From Camelus ferus (Eukaryota), in the NCBI RefSeq assembly GCF_009834535.1, contig NC_045697.1, positions 9,054,001-9,118,000 on the forward strand: a stretch of 64,000 bases of DNA, written 5' to 3'. Numbering within the stretch: position 1 is the stretch's first letter; each line of letters opens with the position of its first letter. Below the pieces are notes generated by a model. That model was not told the DNA's origin. It saw nothing but the letters and a program-made list of their open reading frames with translations, and did no database searches. Both the position numbers and the translations under genes were made by a program. This document shows positions 38,493-51,691 of this stretch, piece after piece.

Positions 38493-41400
38493 GCATAATC
38501 AAAGGAACCCAAGAGGGACAGGATGGTTTATTCATCAAGTTAAGTTCCTTTAGGCCAGAGCCTATGTCAGGTACTGAAGTGCCAGGGGAAGAGGCAAGAA
38601 ATATAGGTCAAAAGCATCACTCTACAAGGGACACCTGTGACCCAGTCATCCTTGGAGTTGGTCTCCTTAAGACAAGAATCAGACTACAAAGGGATTACAG
38701 TCAGGATTGCTTTTCTACTTACCTACAGTACCACCTTTGGGAAAGGCCTGTTACTGTCCCAGACTTTACCTGCAAAGAGCATATTATGGGAATTAAAGCC
38801 AACTTCGTTGTTTTCCTACTACTTGAGTTTCTTGGAATCTCTCTGTGTTTTCCACTTGCATCAGCTCTTAGAGGAATGAATTTGGCTGTTTACTGACTGC
38901 TGCATGGTGCTTGCTTCTTCTTCCTCATCTTGATATGGAGAACCACTATCATGAAAAGTCATTCTCCTTCACCCCCAACTTCACCTTCAGATAATTCCCT
39001 TAAGGTACCAGTCCTATCAGATGGGACTCGAAGTTTCTTTACCCCTCTAGGACTTGATGATTTAAATGACTGCATTTCTTATCACACAGATTCTCTCATC
39101 CTGGATTTCATCTTATTCTCTCTTCTTGTCCAGAGCTCCCAGCATGCCCCACAGGTCAGGTGATATGATCTAGGACTCCAAGAATAGTCTTGACTTCAAA
39201 GAGTCTTTGGTAATGATTTGCTTTTTCCTTCCATATTAAAGCTAAGATGACATGAATTTGTGGTTTAGTGGCCAATATCAGGTGAAGCCAGTGAATTCTT
39301 CTGTCAGTGTTGATGATTGACCAGTCTCTACCTACAGCCCTTTGGGCTGTTTGAAAACTGGGGACGAGGAAAGCCTGTTGTAGGTAACAACTGGATTTCT
39401 TTTCAAAGGAGAAAAAGTGGAAGAGGTCCTTTCCTCTCGAGTTCACAGGACTCCTCTTAAAACAGCCATCTGCCAAACAGTCCACCAGATCTGTATAGCT
39501 GACTTGACCACCTGCTGGTAGTGCCTCCACCATCCTGTTGAATCAAGTCATGGCTGCTGGTCTGGGGGTTTCCTCTTGGGAAATTCAGCAGGGCTGGGGA
39601 TGTGGCTGCACTCCTTATGGTGTATAATCTCAGGTGTCTCCCTAAAGCTCCTGCAGCATCACATAGACTTAGGGATACATTAAGAAACTTCTATACTTCT
39701 GTCAAAAATCTTCATGTCATTACAGTAAGGTAGATCTGTGCAATCTGTAGACCTTGCTGACGATTGCAAAGTGGCTCCTGCTTCTCACCAAGGAAGCTGA
39801 GAGAACCCTAAAGAAATGGCTCCTATCTTGCTTTCTATGTTATGTAGAGCAGGCAGCTAATGCTATACATCTATGCTCAATTTTCTGTTCTGTTGGCTTG
39901 AGAGCTCCTTGAGGGCAAAGACTAGCTATGTTTTCATTCAAAAAGTATTCACTGAGCACCTGTTTTTTTGCCTTGAATCTGTCTTTTGTCTTGAATTTGT
40001 CTTTTGTCACTTCACACAGAGTATGGCCCATAAATGATGCTCAAAACCGTTGTTAATGGCGTGCGTGGAAGGCCTGCCCTACTCAGGTGTCCTCATTCTT
40101 CCAACGTGTTGTTACTGGCACCATGCTTACTTGCCTCCATGTGGCTGCAATGGTCTAAGCTGAGACTCCGTGGTGATTATTATGCCTGTGAATTGCTTCC
40201 TGCACAAATATTTTAGAAATAATCTTTAGCTTTAAGGCAAAAGCAGCAAAGAATCCCTGAATCTTCAAAAAGGGAAGCAGAAAAAAAATGCACTATTGCA
40301 GGAAATTGACGTGGATTTCCACCTGAATCCTAGCTCTTACAGCATACCTGACATACCTGTTTATCATTCCTTTCAGGATTAACTGTGGGTCTTTACACCA
40401 TTTCTATTTCTCTTCTTTCTCTTTTCTTTACATTTAAGTTTTGATAAGCTTCTCTGTTCCTTGAATAGACACTGAGCCTTGGCCTCATACTGGCTTATTC
40501 TTATCCTTATGGTCTGTCTTATTCTGCCTACATCTGTCCAGATCTGATGCCCTCGCCTGCCTGCACATAGTTTGGTCTTGCTACATGGAGTGTTAAGTGA
40601 GAACCTACTCCAAGCCTGTAATGTGTGGCTCCTACAAGGCTGAGTTTGCGGTATTCACTCAGATGTCTCATGCTTACTGGCTTGACTTACCTCTCCCTGC
40701 CTTCCTCAGTCTAGATCTGAACTCCCTAAGTTTTAGAATCTGAATACTCAAGGATCCCTTGCTCCTGTGTCACCTGGAACTTTGGGTAATGACATTTAAT
40801 TTCTGCTGCCTCAATACCAAGGAATGGGCACTAGGAAGGCAGGTTTGTTGATAGACTCATAACCCTTGCTGTCATCCCCATGCCTGGTATTCCTTTTCCA
40901 GGACAAGAATTGGACTTGTGTGATGACAGAGTGGGACACTTGGCTTTTAGTGTTAGAAGGGACCATTTTTCCCATATCTACCTGTCCACTATTCAAGTTT
41001 GTCCATTTATAGGGTCATAAAATGCATTAATTTGATGATTATGTCTAAAATCTACAACTAGACAAGAAGAATCAAAGTGAAGTCACTGATGATGATTCTT
41101 TAGACATATTTTATGCAGACAAAATGCTGTACTAACAACAATGTCCTATTTTAAACCAGTGGTTTGGGGGAAGGCTGATAGAGCCTGAGTCTGCACATTG
41201 TTCCTCCCAAATGCATAATTCCAATGCTCTGGCTGCCAGAATGAACCTTTGTGCATCACTGCTCTGAAGTTTATCTGTATCATACTGATAACAAGATTAA
41301 AAAAATACCACAGTCTAGGGAATGTTCTGAATTTGCTTCTTCAAGGACATTTTCTTATAAGGATAATGAAAATGTTGGCTATGAATATTTAACTCATATC

Positions 41401-41802
41401 ATGCCTAATTTCTAACCCTATTTTAACATCTTTTTTTAAAGACTGTAGAAGGAATAGCCAGCCTCAGCACATGGGCAAGGGAATAGTTCTCTGAAGGCTA
41501 CTATGGACCAAAAAATTCTTTGATAAGGATCTTACACTTTCAGAGATCCATATTTCACTTAAAAACAGTATCTCTGAAGTGGCTTTTACTTGCCCTTCTA
41601 TTTCTAAAACATGGATTTTGTTTTTTATAATTTCAATAACAAAACTTTTGTCAAGACAATAATAAACAGCAATGAAACAAAACAAAACAGAGACGATTCA
41701 GCAGTCCCAGACCTAAAGATGTGCTGGCATTGAGAGCAAGTTCAAATTCAATGAACATATAGGGAGGAGTACTAGGACTTTATTTAAAAAAATAATGGGA
41801 GG

Positions 41803-42070
41803 GGACCACCCCTCCCATACCAAAATTGGCCGATGCTCAAGTCCTTTAGGAAAAATGGCGTGTATTTGCATATACCCTACACACATCCTTTGTGTACTTT
41901 AAATCATCTCTAAATTACTTATAATACCTAGTATAAGACAAATGCTATGTAAATGTGTGGCAAATTCAAGTTTTTCTGTTGGGAGCTTTCTAGAATTTTT
42001 ATTCAGAATATTTTTGACCCACTGTTGGTTGAATCCATAAGTATGGATCCCAAAGATATGGGGAGGCAAA
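41803..42070 (+). mobile_element. MER2-like TcMar-Tigger element
   Basis: ATACCAAAAT..GATGCTCAAGTCC..AAAATGGCGTGTATTTGCATATA..TACTTTAAATCATCTCTA..TTGGTTGAATCC. Confidence 0.85.
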
Positions 42071-43410
42071 GGCACTTCTGTTCCCACGGTGATTAAGTTT
42101 GTGCTTTCCCTTCTTCATCGCAGTCGTGGCCAGGCAGTGGAAATGAAACCCTAACTGGTAACGTCTTTTTTTTTTTCCTTGATTGTGACTTTATACACTA
42201 ATTGTTTTCATGAAAACCCTGAGATGGCTTGCAACCAAAGATGTGCTGTCAATCACTGACCATTAGATGAGAAACCTACGCTCAGGGATGTGGGCTTCGT
42301 CCTGCAGCCATGTCCCTGTGGGGGATGCCGCAGGGGGGTGCACTGCTCAGGCCTGAGTTTTAGCACAGTACCCCTGGTCCAGGAGCAGACAGGTTTCAGG
42401 AGGATGGGGGTCTGGATATTGAGGCTGATTGGAGGCTCTGCAGATGGAGATTTCCCCGAGCTTGGAGGCAATGTAGGAGGCCGAGATCCTCCTGCTTCAC
42501 TGGTGCAGGCTGGGGCTCCCTGAGACGTCTGGGTGTGCACATATATCCAGGGTTTTCCTGCAATTCTCCTCTCATTTAGACACTGATAAGTGCTGCTTTG
42601 TGAAATGTGATTGCTGTCTACCCACAGGTACCATGACTAGAATCTCTTCATCGTTGACAGAAAGGCCCAAGTCACTCTTATTTGAAGAAATGTAACAGGG
42701 TTACAAAAACTGTATCATATTTAAATGTTTGTATCGAAGTATTTACCCTTTCTTCAATTAAACTTTTTGCAAGTGCAAAAGCACAAAGGAAGAAAATAGC
42801 TACTACATTAGTACAAGACTAGCTCACAGTGCACTACAGGGGGCATTATACGCTTAAGATAAAATGACGAATGATTTCATTCAACCCTGGATGATCTCTC
42901 CCTGGGATGGTGTAAATAATCTGAACAGCCCCTTCTAGAATGGTTGAAGGCCTTGGAGAAATTGAAGCCCAGGCCTAGATTAAGGACTCCCTTCTTTCCT
43001 CCCACCCCCAGGCTCACCCACTCCTCACACCCCCATCATGGGTGATAAGCCTTGATCATGAGTCTGAGAGGGACTGGCTGTAACCAGCCAACTGACTTCT
43101 CATCAGGGTTTGGCTCACAGGGAAGGGGTAGAGTGGGGAATTCGTTCATTCGACGAGCCCTGATTCTGAAAGTGTCCTGTCTGCTAAATGTCGACCTAAT
43201 GATAAACGATGGAAACCTGGTCCTTACTACCTGGCTGACTCTGCACAGGACGTTCCTTCTGCTCTCAACAATTCTCCAGTGACTCATCTATAAAATAGGT
43301 ATAATTAATATTTTACCTATCTAAAGCAGAGACATGGATTGAACAACCTTTTGGAATCCCTTCTAGCTGTAAGGTTGGTGCATCTGAGGAAGAGACAGCA
43401 GGTTGGAGAG

Positions 43411-43595
43411 CAGTGCTTTTTGAAGTGGGTCCTCTGGCCAGCAGAATGAGCATCACCTGGGAACTTGCTGGAAATGCATGATCCTGGGCCCCACCCCAGA
43501 CTTACTGAATCATAAACTTGAGGGTGGGGCCCAGCAAACTGTTTTAACAAGCCATCAGGGGGGTTCAGATACATGCCTAAGTTTGAGAAGCTCTT
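43411..43595. mobile_element. MER5A hAT-Charlie MITE
   Basis: CAGTGC..GCATCACCTGGGAACTTGCTGGAAATGCA..GGGCCCCACCCCAGACTTACTGAATCA..GGGTGGGGCCC..TTTTAACAAG..AGTTTGAGAA. Confidence 0.92.
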
Positions 43596-43629
43596 AATTC
43601 AGAGAATGAGCAATATTTCTTCCATAGGG

Positions 43630-43775
43630 GATGGCTTAGTCATTTAAACTCTCTGAGCCCCAGTTTCTTCACTCACCAAAGTGAAGTAATTCTGTCTCTT
43701 TCAAATGATTCGCACATGTTTTAAATGACATAACAGTACCTAAGACATAGTTAGGTGCTCAAAAAATGTTAGTTG
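43630..43775 (+). mobile_element. MIR SINE
   Basis: GTCATTTAAACTCTCTGAGCCCCAGTTTCTTCA..CATAGTTAGGTGCTCAAAAAATGTTAG. Confidence 0.7.
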
Positions 43776-46579
43776 GAGTCAAAGGACCAGAAAGGTGAGA
43801 TTGAAAAAAAAAAAAAAGAAAAGGAATGAGAACCCAGTCTTCATTTTTTCCTTATATAACATCTTTAGCATTATATAATTTGCAATTTGCATGCAAAACA
43901 CCCCACCTCGGGGCATCATAGAAACCTTGAAAAATCCAATATTATGCAGACAGCCCGAGATTCTGGCTGCTAAACCAGGCTTAAAAAACTAATTTTCCCT
44001 CTTTAAGGAAGTGACATTTGTGCATTCACCACAGCAGTAATAAATTTAGGCTTTTTTAAAAAACCACCCCTTGCCGTTCATGAGGTTATTATTTTTATCA
44101 ATAGCAAAGCCATTTCTTTTTGAGTATTTGGAGCTGTTTTTGAATCTCTTCTTTCGTCCTCACTGTAGTTATCAGCAGAGTAAACAGCTCATTAGGAAAA
44201 AAAAATGCCAACAAAACCGAAAACCATTTTTAATGGTAGAAATGTGATTAGAGCATTTAATTAGACTCCAGAAAGTGCACTTTCCATTAATAACTGGGGA
44301 TACATTCCATGTCAATTAAAAAAGGATTAACATTGCAGGCTTGAAAATTTGGACTTAGACGTAGTCTGAATTTCAAGGCTGTTTTTATTAGCGGGCTATG
44401 CCGGGGAAGTGCCCAGAGAGCACAGAAGTCTCCTTAGGAATTTTCCAGGTATGTGGAAAGCCCCTTCATCTTCACAGGTGGGGCAAGGCTGGTCTCCTTG
44501 GAGGGTATAAGGGACTGACCTCTGAGATTCAGGTGTGAGTTTAAAAGAATGGGGAGGGTCACTATTAGGTGGAATCGGGGGTTGATCAAGTGACTTCAAC
44601 TCTACCTCTTCCTTTTGGTGCCAGCCCTTTAACTCCTTTTCCTCCCACCCATTTAAGACCCCAGGGGTAGAGTGTTTCCCTTTAAATCTCCACGTCAATG
44701 TGAGCTAGAAATTTCTTCCTGTCTCATGGTCTGTTTTACACACAGAGAGGTTATTTTTATTGGCTATTGATTTGATATGAAATGGGAGTTTGAAGTGAGG
44801 AAGCCACTGTGCTCAAAATTCCCCAAAGAACTTGAGTTCTAGAGGGATGCTGATGAGGTCAGAGGGTAAATACTCTCCATGTCCAATGGAGCATTGAAGA
44901 TCATGAGAAGTGAGGAAACTCTTCTCTCATCCAAGGACACAAGGGTCTGGCTTGAAAAAGAAGACAAAGCTGTATATCCAGAAGTCAGGTAAGTATTAGA
45001 ATGGACAGAGTAAAACAGAGTCGAGGGAGGGGACCAAGAACATTCCCTTGTTCAATAAATATTGATTAAGTGCCTACTATGCAGTCAGGCACTGTTCCCC
45101 ATGGAATTGACAATGAACTCATTTTTTATTGGCCTTGACTTAATGGCACTGCAGACAACCTAAAATAAGGGTAGACAATTAAGTCCTTACCATTTACAAA
45201 GACCTTCCCATGTTTTAACTCATTTGACTCTGATGAGAGGTAAGCAAGGTAGGTTTTGTTAACCATATTTTAGAAATAATGACATTGAGATCTCTGAAGG
45301 AACAAATGTGTAGGAGCAGGAGGCTATCCCAGCTCTCCAGATCCCAGTCCCCACGATCTTTTCATTGTACCCTGGGCAGTCCCAGGATGATTTAACTCCT
45401 CCTTGGCATACCCAGGAAGTTGGAAGAGGCATTTAGACCCTCCAAGATCCTATAGGAGACCCAGTAAAGCCATAATCGTGAACCTCACCCGTTGGCCATA
45501 TGTTGTTGTAAGGAGGAGTGAAAAAATGGAAGTCAAAGCTCATTACTTTATTTAGAATATTCTTGGAGCACTTACGAAGTGGCGGGCACCATGTTAGGTA
45601 CTTTTACTATACAGATGCCAAGGACACAAAGGAGGATGGAATATATAGCACAGTGTCACTTAGGTAGAAGTGTGACAACCCTGCAGAATCATGCCATCTG
45701 TGCTCATGGAGGTACGTGTATAAAAGTCAGTGCATGGAAGGTGTTTCTCTTTTTCTTTCTTTTTTTTTCTCCTAATCTCCACTAACCAACAGAGTGGATC
45801 GTGACAAGAGGAGGGAGGAAAGTTTGGGGAACAGGATGGGGCTAAGAAGACAAAAAAAAAGTGGGGTCATGTGTGGACTGCTGTTGATGCTGAGCACAAT
45901 CTGAGACAAACGACTGAAGGCACCCTTCAGGTTGGGAGTCCCTGAAGTCCAGTAAAGGCAGAGATGAATTAAGAACTCATGGGCTCCTTGGAGGGAACAC
46001 ATGAGTCAACAAGTACCTGCCATAAGTGGACTCCTCGTCAGATTTTGGGCTTCCTATTTTATGCAAGTGTTTTCTTAAGAGCTCAGCCTGGGGTTGGCGT
46101 TGCTTCTGGGCCAGGGAGGGATTTGTTTGGTGTTGGCCCTGTTGGGCCTATTAAACTGAAGTTGCAAATGCGTAAGGTTGAAGTGTGAACACGCTCCCAC
46201 TCTTGGCTGTGTCGTGGTTTGGAGAGGATGGCGGGCGGCCCCTGCTATTCTTGGCTGCGGGGACTTTCTCCTACATGAAATCTCCCGAGGAACATCATGT
46301 TCCAGCACGTTGTAAATGAAGGCAAGAGAGTGTTTAATAGCACCCAGGACTCAAATAACTTTGTCTTTTGTGCATAAGCAGAGCACTGGAGGAGGAGAGA
46401 GGAGGAGAGAGTAAGAGAGAGGAGAGAGCTGAGGCTCCCGCCCCCTCCCAGGGTACCTGCAAGGGGAAAAAATCTCTGTAATGGTGATCATTTGGAAAGG
46501 TTACAAAATGCCCTTTTTCCCCCTTTTCTTTCCTGGAAATATCTCAGTGGCTCTGTCTCACCAGCAGGTCCTGAGCTCC

Positions 46580-46920
46580 GTCTGTTTGTCTCCGTCTCTG
46601 ATTCTTTTTATGACTCTCTCTCTTTCTGAGTCTGTCTTTTGGCCCCTCTCTCTTTTTCTCTTCCCTGCCTGTTTCTGTATGTGTCTCTGTCTCTGTTTAC
46701 CTGTCTTTCTCTCTCAGATTCTCTGATTCTCCCTCCTCCCCATCTCACTCTCTGACTCTGTATCATCCATTTCCCTCCCTATTTCTTTCTCTCTGCCTCT
46801 CTGTGGTTCCCTCTCTGCCTCTGTCTCTCTGACCGTTTCCCTGTTCTCTCCCTCATTCTCTCTCTCTCCCTCGTCCCTTCTCTCATTCATCCTTTTTCTT
46901 CCACCTCTGTTCCCTCTCCA
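46580..46920. repeat. CT-rich low-complexity tract
   Basis: Degenerate (CT)/(CTGT) polypyrimidine run of ~340 bp. Confidence 0.85.
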
Positions 46921-48709
46921 CATTGCTCCAGAATTCCTGTAAAAATCTGAGCAGCTGTCAGGTCCTGAGAGAATGTAAAGAAGCAATGTTGCCCCAACTA
47001 AATGACTATAGTTCAGGTCTATGGACATTCCATAGGATTTCTTTCCTTGCCTGCTACCCCATTCCTTTAAAGGTTTAGCTGACATCATATCCATGCATTT
47101 GTGCCACGGCATCCTAGAACAGCAGATGAAAGGATCTTCAGATGCATAGAGCCCTGATCTTCACCTCTCACATGGAGAAACAGGACCACAGGAAAAGTGA
47201 CTTATTCAAGAGCCCACAGACTATCCATCTCAGAATCAAGACTGAAAATTAGTATTTCTGAACACCAGCTCGAAGTTCAAAGAAATATTTGATTCATCAA
47301 GCTGTCAATTCTCTAAATATATTTAATTAAACATGCTATCAGCAATATCTTAAATTAGATTCCAGGACAGTGGATGGAATGTAACTTGTGATCTGTACCC
47401 TTGAAAGCCTACAACCTACATGAGGAAGCTGTGTGTTAAGAGTGTTAGGGAACATACAAACAGCAGCTCCTTTTTCCCTCCTGAATTTAGTGAGTAAAAG
47501 GCAATAAGGTATGGGGAAGATGGAGATGAAATGATTAGTTTTATTACCAGTGAATAATTGGAGAATATGGCTTAGAATAAAGCCAATGAGCTTGGTCATC
47601 CACTCTGCCTCAAGTCAAGACCTTAGGATGATCCCTTGAAGGGAAGTTTAGGTCCACCAGGCAGACACAGCCATGCAGGATCTTCACCTCCTGCCAGATC
47701 TGGATAGAAAGGAAATGGGAGAATGAATCCCTTAGATTTGCACATTCTTAATAGACTGGCTACACCAAAAAAGAAATGTGGACCAGTGACTACTAACCCC
47801 CTCCCCCCCATCTCCTCTACCTGCTGGGGAGATAAACCAGGGAAACTCCTACATGAAGCCATCAGATTGGGAGAAAACAACAGGGAAAACTGAAGGCCCC
47901 ACCTCCTAAAATCTCCGAGGAATTTTAGTTCTCCTCACCTATGGATCTCAACAACTAGGTCTGTAATCAACCAAGGGTTACACTATAAGAATAAGAGTTC
48001 ACTGTGATCCCTTGTGAGAAATCAGTAGCACATAAGGACTGTCTGGTTACCGTCTTTCTGGGCCAGCTCTCAGAACTTCCGCTTTCAATGAGGACAGTAT
48101 CCCCCTAAGGGTGATTCTTAGGGTGAGGAGGGCAAAAAAACCTAAAAAGCTCTTGGGGGAAATTATATTGGCCCCACTGAGAATGCATGTGTGAGGGAGC
48201 TGGCCCAGAAGATGATGGTAATAATTAAAAAAAAACTGATAAACACTGTTTTAATAATAATCTTGACTAAGATATGTTTCTTCCAGGAGCCACAAGTGTG
48301 CAGTTTGGTTCTTGCCCTAGAAAGCTGTGAGGTCAGCAAAAAAAAGAAAAAAAAAGAAAAAAAAAAAAAAAAAAAAAAAGAAAGGAAAGTGCTTGTATCC
48401 AGCAAACAATGTCTTTTAGGAGAGAAAAGACCTGCCTAAGATGTGGGTTGAAATGCTGAAAGTTACAGATGGCCAATAGGCACATGAAAAGATGCTGAAT
48501 ATCACAAATTATCAGGAAAATACAAATCAAAACTACAATGAGGCACCACCTCACACAGGTCAGAATGGCCATCATTCAAAAGCCCACAAATGATAAATGC
48601 TGGAAAGGGTGTGGGGAAGAGGAAACCCTCTTACAATGTTGGTGGGAACAGAGTTTGGTGCAGCCACTATGGAAAACAGTATGGAGAATCCTTAAAAAAC
48701 TAAAAATGG

Positions 48710-50385
48710 GACAGACGGAGAAGATGGCAGAGTAGAAGGACGCTCTCAGGTCACCCTCTCCCACAAATACACCAAGACCCACATCTACAGACCCACTCAG
48801 CCAACCAGAGCACCTGTGGAACTCCGACAGAACATCGCCCTCTTCAAAAGATAAAGACGCCAAAAATCTGGTAGGAGAAAAGGAAAAAAGAAAGAACAAA
48901 AGGCAAAGCAGCGCGGGACGGGTCCCGCGGGGAGGGAGCGGCAAAGGAGGACTGGTGCTCGCTCGCTGGGTCTCCCCTCTCCAACTGAGAGGCCAGCGGG
49001 ACGGAGGGGGAGCCTCCGAGGCTCGGATCTGTACAGAGCAGCCCTTGACTAACAGAACCAAGTTAAACGGGCACACAGCGTCCCCCCGACACCCAGCCTG
49101 AGACGCGGGCCGGCAGCCGCGGGCAGGGCCAGGCTGCACAAGCCGGGCGGAGGACGGAAGTGGCTGCACAGAGGCAGCCCCGGGGGAACGCTAGGGGCTG
49201 CGCGCCGTGGCTGTGGGTGCACAGGGCAGAACAACCCGGGCCCTCCATAAAACAGCAAGGTTGATGTGCTCTCGGGGGAAGGGTGCACACCCCCATCTCT
49301 GAAAACCCGCGGAAAGTTTTCGGGGGAAGAGAGGCGGGGCTCAGGCACAGCCGCCATATCCTCCGCTCTGAGCACCCAGGTGGGGGCGGGGGCGAAACCT
49401 GCATCCGCACCGAAGGGCTTAGCAGCCTCAAAGGCCAGACTGAGACTGGCCTGCAGCCCGGGGCAGACAGGATCCTTCCATCCTGGTCCCTCAGAGAACT
49501 TGCTCCACAAAGACAAACAAGGAGCTGCGTTTTGGCTCAGAGCAGGGACAGGGCTGTCCCTCGGTCTTCCCCGAGCCCACCCGCGGAGCGCCGACCAGGG
49601 CGGAGCGCGCAGCCGCACAGAGAGCGGAACTACCGGCGGAGCAGGTAGAGCGAGAGCGGCCCCCCGCCTTTCGGGCAGGAACACAGCCCCTGACCGAGGT
49701 GCTGGGAGGGGGCACGACCCGCCCTCCTACCCGGCCAGTCTGCAACATCTGACTGCGGCATCGGGAGGGGCAGTGACCCGCCCGCCCACAGCAGAGGAGA
49801 GCTGCACCTGACCCAGTGTTAGGAGGAGGCGCGATCTGCTTGCCGACAGGTGCTGGGAGCAGCACAGAAGAGGGCGCCAACGGAGGGCCTCTGAAAACAG
49901 CAAGCTGACCTTCCAAAACAGGACAAGACAGAAAGACTTCACATTAAAAGCACACAGACTCCAGGAGAACACCTACAACCCCCCCCCCCTTTTTTTTTTT
50001 TGTTAAATCTGTTTTTACCTGTTCTATTTTCTATCACTTTCTTAATCTTTACTTCTTAATTCATTTCTATTTCTCTTGGGTTTTGATGTCCTTCTATTGA
50101 TTAGACACAGGTTTCAAATACATCTATTCATCTCCCCCCCCCCTTTTTTGTAAAGGTTTCAAAAGGACGTCTCAACCCGATTAATACTCTGCTTCAACTC
50201 ACTCTTCTATTATTCATTATACACTGTTTTCAAACCCTCTCCCTTCTTTTAAAATTCTTTCTCTCTCTCTCTTTTTTTTTTTCTTTTTTTCCTAAGTTCT
50301 ATTCCTAAATAGGCATCAGAGAGATAAAATCCTTAAGGACCAAAATAAACAACTGATACTCCATAAACCACAGTGCCAAAGAGGT
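48710..50385 (+). promoter_or_regulatory. L1 5'UTR internal promoter, CpG-rich at ~48900-49900
   Basis: YY1-type AAGATGGC at 48721-48728 near the 5' end, as in other mammalian L1s; dense retained CpGs against a CpG-poor background. Confidence 0.8.
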
Positions 50386-51287
50386 ATGAGCAAGATGAAG
50401 AAGCAGAAAAACCTTTCCCAATTAAAAGAACAAGAGAAATCCCCTGAAAGAAAGATCAACGAAATAGACATCGATAGCCTACTAGATCAAGATTTCAAAA
50501 AAGGAGTGATTGAATTGCTGAAGGAATTAAAAGAGATAGTGTTTAGAGATATAAAATATGTCAAAAATGAAATTGAAGCTATAAAGAAGAGCCAAGTAGA
50601 CTGGGTAAACTCATTGACAGAGATGAGGAATGATCTAATAGCTGTGCAAAGCCGACTAGATAATGCAGAGGAACGAATTAGTGATCTAGAAGACAGGGCA
50701 ATAGAAAGCACCCACTCAGAAGAACTACAAGAGAAGCAAATAAAAAATAATGAAAATAGCATAAGGGACCTATGGGATAATATAAAGCATCCCAATCTTC
50801 GCATAATAGGGGTCCCAGAAGGAGAAGAAAGATCAAAGGGGATTGAAAAGGTTTTTGAAGAAATCATGACTGAAAACTTCCCAAACTTAAAGAAGGGATC
50901 AGATATCCAAATACAGGAAGCTCAGAGGGTCCCAAACAGGAAGAACCCAAATAGATCCACACCAAGACATATCATAATCAAGATAGCCAGAGTCAAGGAT
51001 AAAGAAAGGATTCTAAAGGCAGCAAGAGAAAAGCAAAGCGTAAGTTACAAGGGAATCCCCATAAGGCTCTCAGCTGATTTCTCTACACAAACACTACAGG
51101 CCAGAAGGGAGTGGCAAGATATATTCAAAGCCCTGAATGAAAAAAAATGCAGCCTAGGATACTTTATCCAGCAAGGCTATCCTTGAGGATAGAAGGAGAA
51201 ATAAAGAGTTTCACAGACAAAAAAAAGCTGCAGGAGTTTAGCAACACTAAACCCATGCTAAAAGAAATATTGAAAGGGCTATTCTAA
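50386..51287 (+). pseudogene. ORF1: L1 ORF1p (coiled coil, RRM, CTD), one frameshift
   Basis: NLRIIGVPEGEE, ENFPNL, RSTPRHIIIK, ILKAAREK, IRLSADFS and ARREW motifs. Adding one A to the A8 run at 51140-51147 restores MQPRILYPARLS...KEILKGLF* (300 aa). Confidence 0.95.
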
Positions 51288-51691
51288 ATAGAAAAGCAGC
51301 AGGATGCTACAGAAATGAGAAACACACAACTGGAAAGGTGATAACTCATGAATTACAAATAAAGTAAACATGAAATTATAAAAGAAGACATACAAATCAC
51401 TGAGAGTGGGAGAGAGAGGCAGGGAAATATAGAATATCTTTTTCTTTCTTTTTTAAATTTTTTTAACAGTAGGATGGGTTTGAGATCATGTTACTATCAG
51501 TTTAATAAAAACAGTTATAGTAATGGGTTGATAGATTTACAAAAAAGGGTAACCACAAGCCAAAAATTTACAAAGGAGTCACAAAAATTAAATAAAATCC
51601 ATGATAATACAAAGGAAAATTACCAAACCACAAAAGGAAGAAGAAAGGAACAAAGAGGATATACCAATTCAACTGCAAAGATAAGTTCAAA

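Noticed and set aside
39506..39519. CTCF-like motif (CCAGCAGGTGGTC on the - strand)
   Set aside because: A single partial match is expected by chance in 64 kb.
39973..40008. 18-bp tandem duplication TTGAAT(C/T)TGTCTTTTGTC
   Set aside because: Ordinary two-copy slippage duplication with no array or spacer structure.
48576..49972. Long overlapping ORFs (121-211 aa) on both strands of the L1 5'UTR as an ORF0-like gene
   Set aside because: Those I checked open at GTG/TTG, they occur in nearly every frame, and they are the expected product of stop-poor GC-rich sequence. No recognisable domain.
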